Shown here piece by piece: positions 40,371 through 50,065 of a stretch of 64,000 nucleotides of DNA. The DNA comes from a virus. The DNA lies in the IMG/VR virus record IMGVR_UViG_3300025141_013863, positions 26,333 to 90,332 of that record, one strand, 5' to 3'. The notes under the pieces were generated by a model, which saw only the letters and a program-made list of their open reading frames with translations, did not search any database and was not told the origin of the DNA. A program made the position numbers and the translations under genes. Every line of letters begins with the position of its first letter. The stretch's first letter is position 1.

Positions 40371-40955
40371 ATGATACTTGGTATAGACGTTTCAACCAGC
40401 ATAACTGGCTTTGCGATTGTTGCAGAAGGCGAAATAGTTTTTTATGATTCTGTTGATCTGCGAAAATATAAGAATTTATTTGAGAAAGCAGAAAGAATAA
40501 AAGAGGCGCTATTCAACTTATTGGACAACTATCAATATGATAGAGAAGAGCATTGGCTAGCCGACGATCAAGATAAAGAGAATAAGATAAATCACATCTA
40601 TATCGAACAGTCGCTCCATATGTTTATGGGCGGCAAATCCTCGGCCAAAACTCTCTCAACTCTTACTCGTTTTAACGGTATTGTTTCGTGGCTCGCGTAT
40701 GAGATGTTTGAAATGGAGCCGAAATATATCGCAGCCACCTCCGCCCGCAAGCATGCTGGCATTAAAGTTCCGCGAGGACAAAAAGCAAAACAAGTTGTTT
40801 TACAATATCTGCTTGACAACGAGCCTGCTTTCAGGGTAGAATATACAAAGCACGGAAATCCGAAACCTGAATCGTATGATCGTGCTGATGCAATTGTTAT
40901 AGCAAAAGCAGGGTGGGCGATTGAACAAGCAAGCAGCGAAGAAGATACTGAATGA
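40371..40955 (+). CDS. RuvC-like Holliday junction resolvase
   Basis: ILGIDVST, IYIEQ and YDRADAIVIA catalytic acidic residues. Confidence 0.75.
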   Translation: MILGIDVSTSITGFAIVAEGEIVFYDSVDLRKYKNLFEKAERIKEALFNLLDNYQYDREEHWLADDQDKENKINHIYIEQSLHMFMGGKSSAKTLSTLTRFNGIVSWLAYEMFEMEPKYIAATSARKHAGIKVPRGQKAKQVVLQYLLDNEPAFRVEYTKHGNPKPESYDRADAIVIAKAGWAIEQASSEEDTE

Positions 40956-41859
40956 AGCACTTGGCCGCGGCCTGGATCGAGGCTCGGAAATTCTCTTTCA
41001 ATGTCCGAAGTGCAATCACCACAAATCTAAGCTTTCTGTTAACGTGTCTAAAAATGTATTTAAGTGTTGGATTTGTGATTATCGGGGCCGCTCTATTAGG
41101 CGTCTTATTAGGAGCTTTGGTTCCTATACACAATTACAGAAATGGGACGAAATATTCGGTCGGCAAGATCTGGAAAGATTTGATGATCTCTTTGCTGAGA
41201 GAAGCGTGGAGAGAAACGATCAGACAGTCGATCTACCGGAAGAATTCGTAAGTTTGTGTCACGACAACATACCCAAGACGGGTATATATGCTCGCAACTA
41301 TTTGAAATCACGTGGTATTACTGCCGCAGAGATTCTAAAATGGAAGATTGGATACTGCTTTAGCGGAGAATATCGCAATAGAATTGTGGTGCCTTCTTTC
41401 AATGATGACGGAAATGTTAGCTATTTTGTGGCGAGAAGTTATAATGGCGATACTTACAAATACAAGAATCCACGCTCGTCTAAGAACATCGTGTTTAACG
41501 AATTATATGTTAATTGGAATGAAGACCTGATTCTTGTGGAGGGGGTATTCGATGCAATCAACGCAGGAAATTCTGTCCCGATATTGGGCTCAACGTTACG
41601 CACAGATTCTTCGCTCATCAAAAAAATTGTTTTCAACGACACACCAGTCTACGTCGCCTTGGATCCTGATGCAGTAGAAAAAGAACGAAAAGTAATCAAG
41701 ACTTTGTTAAAGTATGATGTGGAATTATATAAGATAGACGTAACCGGATATGAAGATGTGGGCTCTATGCCGAAAGATGTGTTTGAGGAAAGAAAACAAA
41801 ACGCAACCTTTATCGACAGAGACAACTATTTATTGTTAGATTTACTGTCGGCAGTATAG
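40921..41859 (+). CDS. DNA primase (zinc finger + TOPRIM)
   Basis: CPKCNH...CWIC zinc-binding domain, YLKSRGI, LVEGVFDA, ALDPDA. Confidence 0.85.
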   Translation: MNKQAAKKILNEALGRGLDRGSEILFQCPKCNHHKSKLSVNVSKNVFKCWICDYRGRSIRRLIRSFGSYTQLQKWDEIFGRQDLERFDDLFAERSVERNDQTVDLPEEFVSLCHDNIPKTGIYARNYLKSRGITAAEILKWKIGYCFSGEYRNRIVVPSFNDDGNVSYFVARSYNGDTYKYKNPRSSKNIVFNELYVNWNEDLILVEGVFDAINAGNSVPILGSTLRTDSSLIKKIVFNDTPVYVALDPDAVEKERKVIKTLLKYDVELYKIDVTGYEDVGSMPKDVFEERKQNATFIDRDNYLLLDLLSAV

Positions 41860-41868
41860 GAGAACACC

Positions 41869-42123
41869 ATGGCTAGAAGAAAAAACACAAAATTTATTGA
41901 TCCTCGTTATTTTATGGACGAGAAGGAGGAGGCGCTGAGTGAGGCTACAGATCCCCACGATCAGCCCGCCGGCGGCGAATCGGGCCAAGATGATCCAGAC
42001 AAGATAGAGAAATGTAAAAGTGAAGGTGGAAAATGGAGATACGCCAAAGAGTCCAAAGGCCCCGAATCCAAAAGCTATGATCTCTCTAGAGGCTTGAAAG
42101 GCTATTGCGAAAAAAAGAAATGA
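41869..42123 (+). CDS. Small hypothetical protein
   Basis: AGGAG RBS; ACTATTTAT motif upstream at 41825. Confidence 0.55.
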   Translation: MARRKNTKFIDPRYFMDEKEEALSEATDPHDQPAGGESGQDDPDKIEKCKSEGGKWRYAKESKGPESKSYDLSRGLKGYCEKKK

Positions 42124-42440
42124 AAATCACAAAATCCCAACTTAAACAGATTATTAAGGAAGAGCTTGAAGAAGGCTTAGGGGATATGCTCAAGAAAATG
42201 CGCCGCCGCCATCATATTAATCGCGCTGGTCAAGAAGAAGAGTTCATGAATCAGTATTATATCGACGTTCGTGATGAAGATGGTAGCTTGATAAAAAGAC
42301 ATTCGTATCGAGATCATACTGATGAGTCAGCATGGGAACATGCTGAAAAGCTTAAACGAGAGCTACGTCTCGCCGGAGAAGAGCTTGAGATTATTAAAGA
42401 CACTGAAGACGGAGAGGTCAACTTGGGGTCAATCTTTTAA
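42120..42440 (+). CDS. Leader-family protein 1 (MKITKSQLKQIIKEELEE)
   Basis: ATG 42120 overlaps the upstream stop; carries the shared leader. Confidence 0.65.
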   Translation: MKITKSQLKQIIKEELEEGLGDMLKKMRRRHHINRAGQEEEFMNQYYIDVRDEDGSLIKRHSYRDHTDESAWEHAEKLKRELRLAGEELEIIKDTEDGEVNLGSIF

Positions 42441-42580
42441 TGCTAAGAAAACTTTCACGATATCTTTTTAAGAAAGGCATAAGCGATTTGGAGCTTTTAA
42501 AGATATTGGGAATTCTTGGAATGGCTACATTTGTTATGGGAATGATGCTCTATGGAGCGATCGGGGCACTATTATTATGA
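42440..42580 (+). CDS. 46-aa single-transmembrane protein
   Basis: MLRKLSRYLFKKGISDLELLKILGILGMATFVMGMMLYGAIGALLL; coupled at both ends; below the ORF-track cutoff. Confidence 0.5.
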   Translation: MLRKLSRYLFKKGISDLELLKILGILGMATFVMGMMLYGAIGALLL

Positions 42581-42924
42581 AAATCACAAAAACACAACTT
42601 AAGCAAATTATTAAGGAAGAGCTTGAAGAGGCTGCGGCTTCTTATCCTCTTAAAAACGTAGATCAAGATAGCGTGACTGCAGGCGCCCCCGGCGAGCAAG
42701 CCGTTATGCAAACAAAAAGAGCGCCAAACAAACAAGAAGAAGCATCGCAGCTTTTTGGAGATCGTATGAATATCGACGTATCTATGCATGCTTATCGCAT
42801 AGGTCAGCATTTAGGCGAAGAACACCTTGTTAAAAATGTAGCTAAAGCTTTGCAACTGTCTGCTCCCCATGCCGCCGCGGCAATGATCTTAGGCGCCCAA
42901 CATGGATTTGGGGACGACGATTAG
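42577..42924 (+). CDS. Leader-family protein 2 (MKITKTQLKQIIKEELEE)
   Basis: Shared leader, unrelated body. Confidence 0.65.
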   Translation: MKITKTQLKQIIKEELEEAAASYPLKNVDQDSVTAGAPGEQAVMQTKRAPNKQEEASQLFGDRMNIDVSMHAYRIGQHLGEEHLVKNVAKALQLSAPHAAAAMILGAQHGFGDDD

Positions 42925-42942
42925 TCGACAGTTAAAAAAGTC

Positions 42943-42971
42943 TTGACAACAGATCCCGCATAGGGTATTAT
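42943..42971 (+). promoter_or_regulatory. Sigma70-type early promoter
   Basis: TTGACA (42943-42948), 17-bp spacer, TATTAT (42966-42971), upstream A-tract; GGAGG RBS before TTG 43005. Confidence 0.65.
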
Positions 42972-43004
42972 AATACTAACGGCATAACTACGTCTGGAGG
43001 GAAC

Positions 43005-46000
43005 TTGAAGTTTGCACATATAAGCGATACTCATATCAAAAATCTGAAGTATCATTACGAGTATAGGATTGTCTTTGAACAATTATACGAAACATTACGA
43101 GAACAAGAAGTCGATTACATCGTTCACTGCGGCGACATCGCACACACGAAGACACAAATCTCACCAGAGTTTGTGGAAATGTGTTCTGGCTTCTTCCGCA
43201 ACTTAGCGGAGATTGCTCCCACATATATTATCTTGGGTAACCACGACGGCAACTTAAAGAACAGCAGCCGCCAGGATGCACTCACACCGATTGTGGATGC
43301 GTTAAACTTAGCCGGACTCAACTTGCTCAAAGATTCTGGCGAAACACACTTGGACGATAAGTTCTGCTTGAATGTGCTTTCGGTCTTCGATCGAGAGAAG
43401 TGGATAAAGCCAAGCAACCCAGACAAGATCAACATCGCGCTCTATCATGGCTCAATTAGCAATTGTAAAACCGATATGAATTGGACGATGGTTAATGGCG
43501 AAGACACAATCACAATCTTTGATGACCACGATTTCTCAATGCTTGGGGATATCCACAGGCGCCAGTTCTTGGACGAAGAAGGCCGCGTATGGTACGCAGG
43601 CTCTACCGTTCAACAGAATCACGGCGAGACTAACGATAAGGGAATTCTAATTTGGGATATTAAATCAAAGGATGATTGGGATATTGAGCCGATTGTGCTC
43701 AAGAATCCAAAGCCGTTCTTTACAATCCCTCTCACATTGAAGGGCAGGATGCCCCGCAAGATTGACGTGCCAACTGGCGCCAGACTTCGCCTTGTTAGCA
43801 CCAATAACTTGCCGCTTGATGTTATGCGCAGAGCAATGGATATTGCCAAGCACAGGTTTAAGCCAGAAAGCATTTCGTTTCTGAATCGTGCTAGTGGTGA
43901 GCGCGGGAATGTGCAAGACATTACTGATGGACTGAGAACAGAGAACCTACGAGATCCAAAGATTCAAGAAGAGCTGATGGATGAGTATCTTAAAGACTAT
44001 CAGGTCCCCGCTGAGACTATGGAAAAAGTTTGTGAGCTTAATCGTACTTATAATAAAATTATCGAAGAGAAAGAGGAAATAGCACGAAATGTAAACTGGA
44101 AGCTCAAGTCGTTCCAGTTCGATAATCTATTTAATTATGGAGAAAAGAATGCTGTCAATTTTGATAGGCTTAATGGTATTGTTGGTATTTTTGGAAAGAA
44201 CTTTAGTGGTAAAAGCAGTATTATCGACGCTGCTCTTTATACTCTTTTTAATACAACTTCAAAGAATGAGCGAAAAAACCTCAATGTCATCAACCAGAAT
44301 AAAGATAGCGGACGAGGAAGACTTAAGATTGAGGCCAACAACGCCACGTACACAATTGAACGAGAGTCCACAAAGTACGTAAAGAGATTAAAGGGGGTTG
44401 AAACTCAAGAAGCAAAGACTGATTTAAACTTTGAGATGCGAGATCACATCACTGATGAGGTAATTTCACTTAATGGCACAACACGTAACGAGACTGATGC
44501 AAACATTCGCAAGCATTTCGGAACTATCGATGACTTCATGGTATCGTCGTTGGCCTCCCAACACGGAGCGCTCGCGTTCATTGACGAAGGTTCAACGCGA
44601 CGAAAGGAAATCATTGCGAAGTTCTTAGATCTGGAGGTTTTTGAGAAGAAATTCCGAATGGCAAAGGAAGATTCTGTCGAAGCCAAGGTAATGCTTAAGA
44701 AGCATGAAGATAAGGATTATAATGAGGAGATCGACACCGTGAATGAAATGTTAGAAGATCATCGCGATAGTGTAGTAGCCAATAAATATTTTTGTACCGA
44801 ATTAAGGGAGGGGCTAGCCCTCTTGCAAGATAGTCTGGGCGCCCTAGATACACAAATCTCCGCAATTCCTAACGAGCTTATTGATATCGCCAAACTTCGC
44901 GAAGAACAAAAGGGTAAGACCGAGAAAGTTGCACTGCTTACAGAGAAGATCCGGGAGCAATCGCGAGAAATTACGAGAAAGAAGAGAGTAGTTGATGATT
45001 CTAAAAGTAAGACTAATAAAGTTGACATCGCCAAGTTCATGAAGCTTCAGATGCAGATTGATCAGTTGCGTGAAAAAGAAAAGGAACTCAGAGAAGAACT
45101 ATCCGAGATCAAGAAAAAGGAAAAGCTATTAGAAGAGCACGAATACGATCCGAATTGTAAGTTCTGCTGTGAAAATAAATTTGTTAGGGAAGCTCATATC
45201 GCTGTCGCCAGCAAAGATCTCGCAGAGCACGAACTTCGAAATGCGACAGTTGATTTGAACGCTCTTAATCCAGCCGACGTGTTCACTAAACTTATGGAAC
45301 ACAGCCGCCTCATTGAATTGATTAAGAAGATTGAAGCAGAAACAACGCAAACCGATCTTGAGCGAGAACGCAACAAAACTGTCAAATCAAAGATCGAACT
45401 CGCTCTTAAAGACATCTCTTCGAAGATTGCTGAGTATGAGGACAATAAGGAAGCAATCGAGAACCTTGAGAAGTTGCTCGGCGAAAAGCGTTCTTTAGAA
45501 AAGAGCATCGAGAGCAATAACAAGAAAATCATATCTTGCGAAGAAGAAACACTTGACCTCGTTAAACTTGTGGGCTCCTACGAGCAGCGTGTAGAAACGC
45601 TGCGAGAGCAAAAGCAAGAATATCACGATCTAAGATCTTCATTCGCAGCATACGATTTGTTTATGCGCTGTATGCATCCAAACGGAATTGCTTACGATGT
45701 TATCAAAAAGAAGATCCCAGTAATCAATCAAGAGATTGCCAAGGTTCTCGCCAACATTGTGGAGTTTGAGATTTTCTTTGAGAGTTCTGGCAATAAGTTT
45801 GACATCTTTATCAAGCACCCGCAATACGATGAGCGCCCGATTGAAATGGCTTCAGGTGCAGAGAAAACGATGGCTGCGATGGCTATTCGGTTGGCGCTTC
45901 TATCTGTGTCTTCACTGCCCAAGAGTGATTTATTCATTCTTGATGAGCCGGGAACAGCGCTAGACGAAGAAAATATGGAGGGTTTTATTCGAATCTTGGA

Positions 46001-46121
46001 ACTAATTAAAGTGTATTTTAAGAACGTTTTGCTTATCTCACACCTTGATTCGCTCAAAGACTGCGTTGATATGCAAATTGTTATAGACAAAAAGCGCGGA
46101 TACGCAAGAGTAAATCAATAA
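43005..46121 (+). CDS. Fused SbcD/Mre11 nuclease - SbcC/Rad50 ATPase (gp47-gp46-like)
   Basis: SDTH, GD, GNHD and GDIH phosphoesterase motifs; Walker A GKNFSGKS; coiled coil with CKFC zinc hook; ASGAE signature; Walker B FILDEP. Confidence 0.9.
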   Translation: MKFAHISDTHIKNLKYHYEYRIVFEQLYETLREQEVDYIVHCGDIAHTKTQISPEFVEMCSGFFRNLAEIAPTYIILGNHDGNLKNSSRQDALTPIVDALNLAGLNLLKDSGETHLDDKFCLNVLSVFDREKWIKPSNPDKINIALYHGSISNCKTDMNWTMVNGEDTITIFDDHDFSMLGDIHRRQFLDEEGRVWYAGSTVQQNHGETNDKGILIWDIKSKDDWDIEPIVLKNPKPFFTIPLTLKGRMPRKIDVPTGARLRLVSTNNLPLDVMRRAMDIAKHRFKPESISFLNRASGERGNVQDITDGLRTENLRDPKIQEELMDEYLKDYQVPAETMEKVCELNRTYNKIIEEKEEIARNVNWKLKSFQFDNLFNYGEKNAVNFDRLNGIVGIFGKNFSGKSSIIDAALYTLFNTTSKNERKNLNVINQNKDSGRGRLKIEANNATYTIERESTKYVKRLKGVETQEAKTDLNFEMRDHITDEVISLNGTTRNETDANIRKHFGTIDDFMVSSLASQHGALAFIDEGSTRRKEIIAKFLDLEVFEKKFRMAKEDSVEAKVMLKKHEDKDYNEEIDTVNEMLEDHRDSVVANKYFCTELREGLALLQDSLGALDTQISAIPNELIDIAKLREEQKGKTEKVALLTEKIREQSREITRKKRVVDDSKSKTNKVDIAKFMKLQMQIDQLREKEKELREELSEIKKKEKLLEEHEYDPNCKFCCENKFVREAHIAVASKDLAEHELRNATVDLNALNPADVFTKLMEHSRLIELIKKIEAETTQTDLERERNKTVKSKIELALKDISSKIAEYEDNKEAIENLEKLLGEKRSLEKSIESNNKKIISCEEETLDLVKLVGSYEQRVETLREQKQEYHDLRSSFAAYDLFMRCMHPNGIAYDVIKKKIPVINQEIAKVLANIVEFEIFFESSGNKFDIFIKHPQYDERPIEMASGAEKTMAAMAIRLALLSVSSLPKSDLFILDEPGTALDEENMEGFIRILELIKVYFKNVLLISHLDSLKDCVDMQIVIDKKRGYARVNQ

Positions 46122-46468
46122 TGAAAATCACCAAATCCCAACTTAAACAGATTATTAAGGAAGAGCTTGAGGAAGCCTTAAATGAAGGCCACCGCCTTCC
46201 CGGTTCTGTTTATGATCCGCAGGGCGAACCCGAGATTGCATCTCCTCACAGAAAGAAACCACAAAGAAGCTATGGAAGCGGGATGAGTGATGCCGATAGG
46301 GAAGCTCACGAAAAGCGACAAGCTGAGAGAGATCCCGATAGAGAATATATTGATATGGTAAAAGGCCTTATGCGGAGGATGCCGGGCACACGTGTCCTGG
46401 CCACTGATGAAAAAAATCGAGAACTTATCGCGACGGCCGAACAAGAATTTGAAATGGAGCAACAATGA
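46121..46468 (+). CDS. Leader-family protein 3 (MKITKSQLKQIIKEELEE)
   Basis: Shared leader; first ~50 nt nearly identical to the copy at 42120. Confidence 0.65.
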   Translation: MKITKSQLKQIIKEELEEALNEGHRLPGSVYDPQGEPEIASPHRKKPQRSYGSGMSDADREAHEKRQAERDPDREYIDMVKGLMRRMPGTRVLATDEKNRELIATAEQEFEMEQQ

Positions 46469-47604
46469 GCACAAAAGACAACGATAACGAATTTGATTTT
46501 CTGCCGCCAGCAGAGCCACCACCTTCGTTTAATCAAGAGAAAGATCACTATCATGAAGAAGTTGATGCACAAGATTTCGGAATGGTTGAGGACTTTGGAT
46601 TACAGATGGAATACTCTGATGAAGATCTCCTCCCAGAAAATACTGCTCCTTCCTCTATTAACGTTGGCTTCGTTGGTGTCGGCGGTGGCGGAAACAAGAT
46701 GGCTAACGCTTTCATCGAGCTTGGCTTCAATAAGACATTGCTTGTGAATACCACAGGCAAAGACATTCCGAAGAACGTGGAAGAAGACCACGTTGTTCTT
46801 ATTCCCGATAGCGATGGCATCGGTAAGAATACAGAATATGGAAAGGAAGTATTCACAATGAACGGCGCCGTTATTGAAGACGCGCTCCGCATTAAACTTG
46901 GAAAGGTGGACTGGCTGTTTGTTCTTGCTGGTGGAGGCGGCGGAACTGGAAGTTCTGTGACTGCACTTCACCCGGTATTCGAACGCTATATGAAATCCGT
47001 TCAGTCTTCTGGAAAAGTTGTTTATGTGGTTTCTTGGCCAACAGCGCAAGAAAACCTCAACCCCACAATCGCTCGTAATGCGTTGACGCTGGCAAATGAT
47101 GTTGCTCAGTATCCGCATATTGTTCTCGACAACGAGCGAGCCACTCGCTTGCTACGCGGCAGAATTGGTATGCTTGGTATGTATCCTGTTGCTAATACAC
47201 AATTTGCTAAGTCATTTGCGCAGGTGTTAAAGTTATCAACTGAAGACTCTCCAATCCAATCTTTCGACAGCAAAGATTTGGAAACATGCTTGGGCAATGA
47301 CGGGAGAGCTTTTCTCGGCTCAACCATGATAAAAGATCCAAATACTGGAAAGCTTGGATCGGTGATCCTACACAACTGTATGAATAGGTCTGCCTGCCCA
47401 CCACCTAAAGGAAAAGCTGCAGCCGGCTCCCTAATCTTAGTGGCGTCTGAGGAAATGGTGGCAGATCCAAGAGTTAGTAAAAACATTGAGTCGGCAATCG
47501 CTTATGTCGGCGGCCGATGCGAGACACTATTCTCTGGCGTTTACGTGCGCAAGAATGTGCCTGGATTGATTGCGATACTAAGTATGAATGGATTAACGAT
47601 ATGA
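46465..47604 (+). CDS. Tubulin/FtsZ-family GTPase
   Basis: GVGGGGNK, AGGGGGTGS tubulin signature, LDNE, and a T7-like SFDSKDL loop. Confidence 0.9.
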   Translation: MSTKDNDNEFDFLPPAEPPPSFNQEKDHYHEEVDAQDFGMVEDFGLQMEYSDEDLLPENTAPSSINVGFVGVGGGGNKMANAFIELGFNKTLLVNTTGKDIPKNVEEDHVVLIPDSDGIGKNTEYGKEVFTMNGAVIEDALRIKLGKVDWLFVLAGGGGGTGSSVTALHPVFERYMKSVQSSGKVVYVVSWPTAQENLNPTIARNALTLANDVAQYPHIVLDNERATRLLRGRIGMLGMYPVANTQFAKSFAQVLKLSTEDSPIQSFDSKDLETCLGNDGRAFLGSTMIKDPNTGKLGSVILHNCMNRSACPPPKGKAAAGSLILVASEEMVADPRVSKNIESAIAYVGGRCETLFSGVYVRKNVPGLIAILSMNGLTI

Positions 47605-47858
47605 AACCAGATATGTGGAAAATATTTACACTTGTATTAGGGGCAATTATTATGCCTCTTGCAGGCTGGGTGTGGTCTGTAAATGTAGAAGTATCTCAAT
47701 TAAGAAATGATATGGGAGACTTGGAGCGACAAGTTGCAGAACTTGAAGAGCAGGTTGATGAGCAAGAAGAAGCAACGAGAACACTAATTAGAGTTGAGAG
47801 CGATCTTGCTCACGTTAGAAGTATACTTGATAGAATTGAGGATATTGTAACGCGATGA
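47601..47858 (+). CDS. Membrane-anchored coiled-coil protein
   Basis: TM segment IFTLVLGAIIMPLAGWVWSV then heptad repeats; ATG overlaps the tubulin stop. Confidence 0.55.
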   Translation: MKPDMWKIFTLVLGAIIMPLAGWVWSVNVEVSQLRNDMGDLERQVAELEEQVDEQEEATRTLIRVESDLAHVRSILDRIEDIVTR

Positions 47859-48085
47859 AAACTATTCTTCTATGTCTCATGCTTGCAGCTATTACATTAC
47901 CAATTGATGTAGATAGATTAAAAGCTGATTTATCTGATATGGAGCGGGATGCTTTGGCACTAGAGTTATATTTACAAGACAAGCAAGATCACGAAGATTA
48001 TTGCCCGCATATCAGTTGGAATCAGCCACCACTAAGTACTTATAAAGAGACATTAATATCACATTTGCCAGAAGGATGTAAATAA
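47855..48085 (+). CDS. Small protein with signal-peptide-like N-terminus
   Basis: MKTILLCLMLAAITLP; coupled to both neighbours. Confidence 0.5.
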   Translation: MKTILLCLMLAAITLPIDVDRLKADLSDMERDALALELYLQDKQDHEDYCPHISWNQPPLSTYKETLISHLPEGCK

Positions 48086-48534
48086 TGAAAGTCACAAAAT
48101 CCCAACTTAAGCAGATTATCAAGGAAGAGATAGAAATTCTTTTAGATGAAGGAATCATGGATCGTATCCGCAAAGGATTTGATAAACATGCCCGTTCGGG
48201 ATTTTTTGGGACAGGACCAACAAGCAAAGAGCTAAAAGGAGCAGCCAGGGTTGGAAGGAAGCTTACACAAAGAAGCTCAACACAACAAAAAGCAAAAGAA
48301 TTTGCTAACGAACTTCTTAATCGCGAATACAATAAATTAGAAAATTTATGGCGCGATGATAAGCGAGAGCTTAAAGCTTTGCGGGCTTATGTCGCAAAAC
48401 AAATAGAAAGTTCTGGCCAGGATATATTGGAGACTTTCGTGACAAGCGTTATAGTTAATAGACTACAAGCCGATGAACTTGAAAGTCGTAAGACTGGCGC
48501 ACCCGAACCGGAACCAGAAGGAGAAGACAAATAA
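48085..48534 (+). CDS. Leader-family protein 4 (MKVTKSQLKQIIKEEIE)
   Basis: Shared leader at both DNA and protein level. Confidence 0.65.
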   Translation: MKVTKSQLKQIIKEEIEILLDEGIMDRIRKGFDKHARSGFFGTGPTSKELKGAARVGRKLTQRSSTQQKAKEFANELLNREYNKLENLWRDDKRELKALRAYVAKQIESSGQDILETFVTSVIVNRLQADELESRKTGAPEPEPEGEDK

Positions 48535-48535
48535 A

Positions 48536-49039
48536 ATGAAAATCACACTTGAAAGATTGCGACAAATTGTTACCGAGGAGGTTATCAAAGAAGAGATCGC
48601 GCCAGAAGATGCTCAACGCACTATTGTAGCGTTATTGCAGGGCATCCCACCAAATGTAACCGGCGATATTATGGGCGCCGTGTATGATGAAATGTATGAC
48701 GCCGATGTTTCAGAACCTCAGCCCGAGCCAGAAGAAGAAAGCTTTCCCACAGAGTATCAGCCCGGCGGCGCCGAAGGCGATCGCCCCACGATGGGATTTA
48801 AAGAAGACTTAGAAAAAATCATCCAAGAAGAGTTGGAACAACTTATGAGAGAAGAGACTCCGGTTGGTTCAGATCCTAAAGAAATCACTGCCGCTTTTAA
48901 AGCTGTCCCGGACGAAGCTTCGAAACTGGCCCAGCGAGTCCGCGCCGATATAGTAAAAATGACAGCAGAATCTCCTGCTGATCCAATGTCGGTTGCCACT
49001 ATGGTTGCTGGCCTCATAACAGCAGAGTATAGACAATAA
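48536..49039 (+). CDS. Leader-family protein 5 (MKITLERLRQIVTEE), with an internal LEKIIQEELEQ copy
   Basis: Divergent leader; ATG 48536 follows AAGGAG. Confidence 0.6.
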   Translation: MKITLERLRQIVTEEVIKEEIAPEDAQRTIVALLQGIPPNVTGDIMGAVYDEMYDADVSEPQPEPEEESFPTEYQPGGAEGDRPTMGFKEDLEKIIQEELEQLMREETPVGSDPKEITAAFKAVPDEASKLAQRVRADIVKMTAESPADPMSVATMVAGLITAEYRQ

Positions 49040-49057
49040 AGAAAAAGGAATGAAGTA

Positions 49058-49252
49058 ATGCAAAAGTATGTACAAGGAAAATTAGATAGATTAGTAGAGA
49101 AGGCAATTTCTCGTAAGTTTATGGTTTGGTTGACGGCTACTGGGCTGTTTGCCTTTTATGATTTGGCATCCAGCGACTGGGTTATGATCTCGGCAATTTA
49201 TATTGGCGGTCAGGCTATAATCGACGGTATTGCCAGAATGAAAGGTGTGTGA
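49058..49252 (+). CDS. Putative holin
   Basis: 64 aa, SRKF followed by two hydrophobic helices, YIGGQA..D. Confidence 0.5.
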   Translation: MQKYVQGKLDRLVEKAISRKFMVWLTATGLFAFYDLASSDWVMISAIYIGGQAIIDGIARMKGV

Positions 49253-49662
49253 TGATTAGAGTTGACTGGCTTAAAGTTCTTGCATTTGTGAAGAAAAATT
49301 GGAAAGAAATAACAATTATCGTCCTTTTACTTACAGTTATTGGAAAAATGCGTTATGATTATAAACAACTGCAAAATACGTATGAAACCAGCCAGCAATC
49401 TCTTCAGAACCAAATTGATGGTTTGCAAGAAATTCACGCTGAAGAATTAGAGAAAAAAGAACAAGCATTGCAACAATATCGCGATGCCCTAGATTTATTG
49501 GAGAGAGAATATGAAAAAGAAAGAGGAAAGATTGAACTGGTGGTTGAGGAGAGAGTTGTGGAAATTGAAACAACAATCGATAACCGGAAACAATTCACCG
49601 AAAACAAAGAAGAACTCGCAGAACAAGTAGAAGATACATTCGGATTTCAGTATGTTCCTTAA
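49249..49662 (+). CDS. Putative inner-membrane spanin-like protein
   Basis: N-terminal TM then a long coiled coil; follows the holin-like gene. Confidence 0.45.
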   Translation: MMIRVDWLKVLAFVKKNWKEITIIVLLLTVIGKMRYDYKQLQNTYETSQQSLQNQIDGLQEIHAEELEKKEQALQQYRDALDLLEREYEKERGKIELVVEERVVEIETTIDNRKQFTENKEELAEQVEDTFGFQYVP

Positions 49663-50065
49663 AGCACTATTATTTTCTATGGCGGCTCACGCAGAACCGC
49701 CACAGTTTACTATTGTTGGACAAGACGAGCCGGCCCCTTTTGAGGGTGTTTTGTTTAATAAGCGAGGCATTGCGGAGCTACTGGTGCTTCCAATGGAATA
49801 TCGTCTAGAGTGCGATCTAGAAGTAGAGTATCAGATAGATGTTCAGGCAACCGAGTTTCAGCTTGAGCGTCAAAATTTTCAAATTCGTTTAGATGCACTT
49901 ACTAAAGAATATGATCTGCGCATTGAACAGAAAGATATTGAAATTGTTGCGTTGCAAAAAGCAATGTTAAAACAGGCGCCCTCTAATAAGTGGTGGTGGT
50001 TCGCCGGCGGAATAGCCGCTGGTGTTGCAACAACTTATGGCGTATATAGAGTGTTTAATGAGTGA
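49652..50065 (+). CDS. Secreted coiled-coil protein with C-terminal membrane anchor (spanin-partner-like)
   Basis: Short signal-like N-terminus ending AHA, coiled coil, WWWFAGGIAAGVATTYGVY tail. Confidence 0.4.
   Translation: MFLKALLFSMAAHAEPPQFTIVGQDEPAPFEGVLFNKRGIAELLVLPMEYRLECDLEVEYQIDVQATEFQLERQNFQIRLDALTKEYDLRIEQKDIEIVALQKAMLKQAPSNKWWWFAGGIAAGVATTYGVYRVFNE

Noticed and set aside
40371-40955. RuvC-fold ORF as a TnpB/Cas12-like nuclease or transposase
   Set aside because: It is only 194 aa, with no zinc finger, array or terminal repeats. Its position next to the primase fits a resolvase.
46465-47604. Tubulin as evidence of a nucleus-forming (chimallin) phage or of host chromosomal ftsZ
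   Set aside because: No chimallin or multisubunit RNA polymerase was recognised, the head genes are T4-like, and no dcw-cluster genes are nearby.
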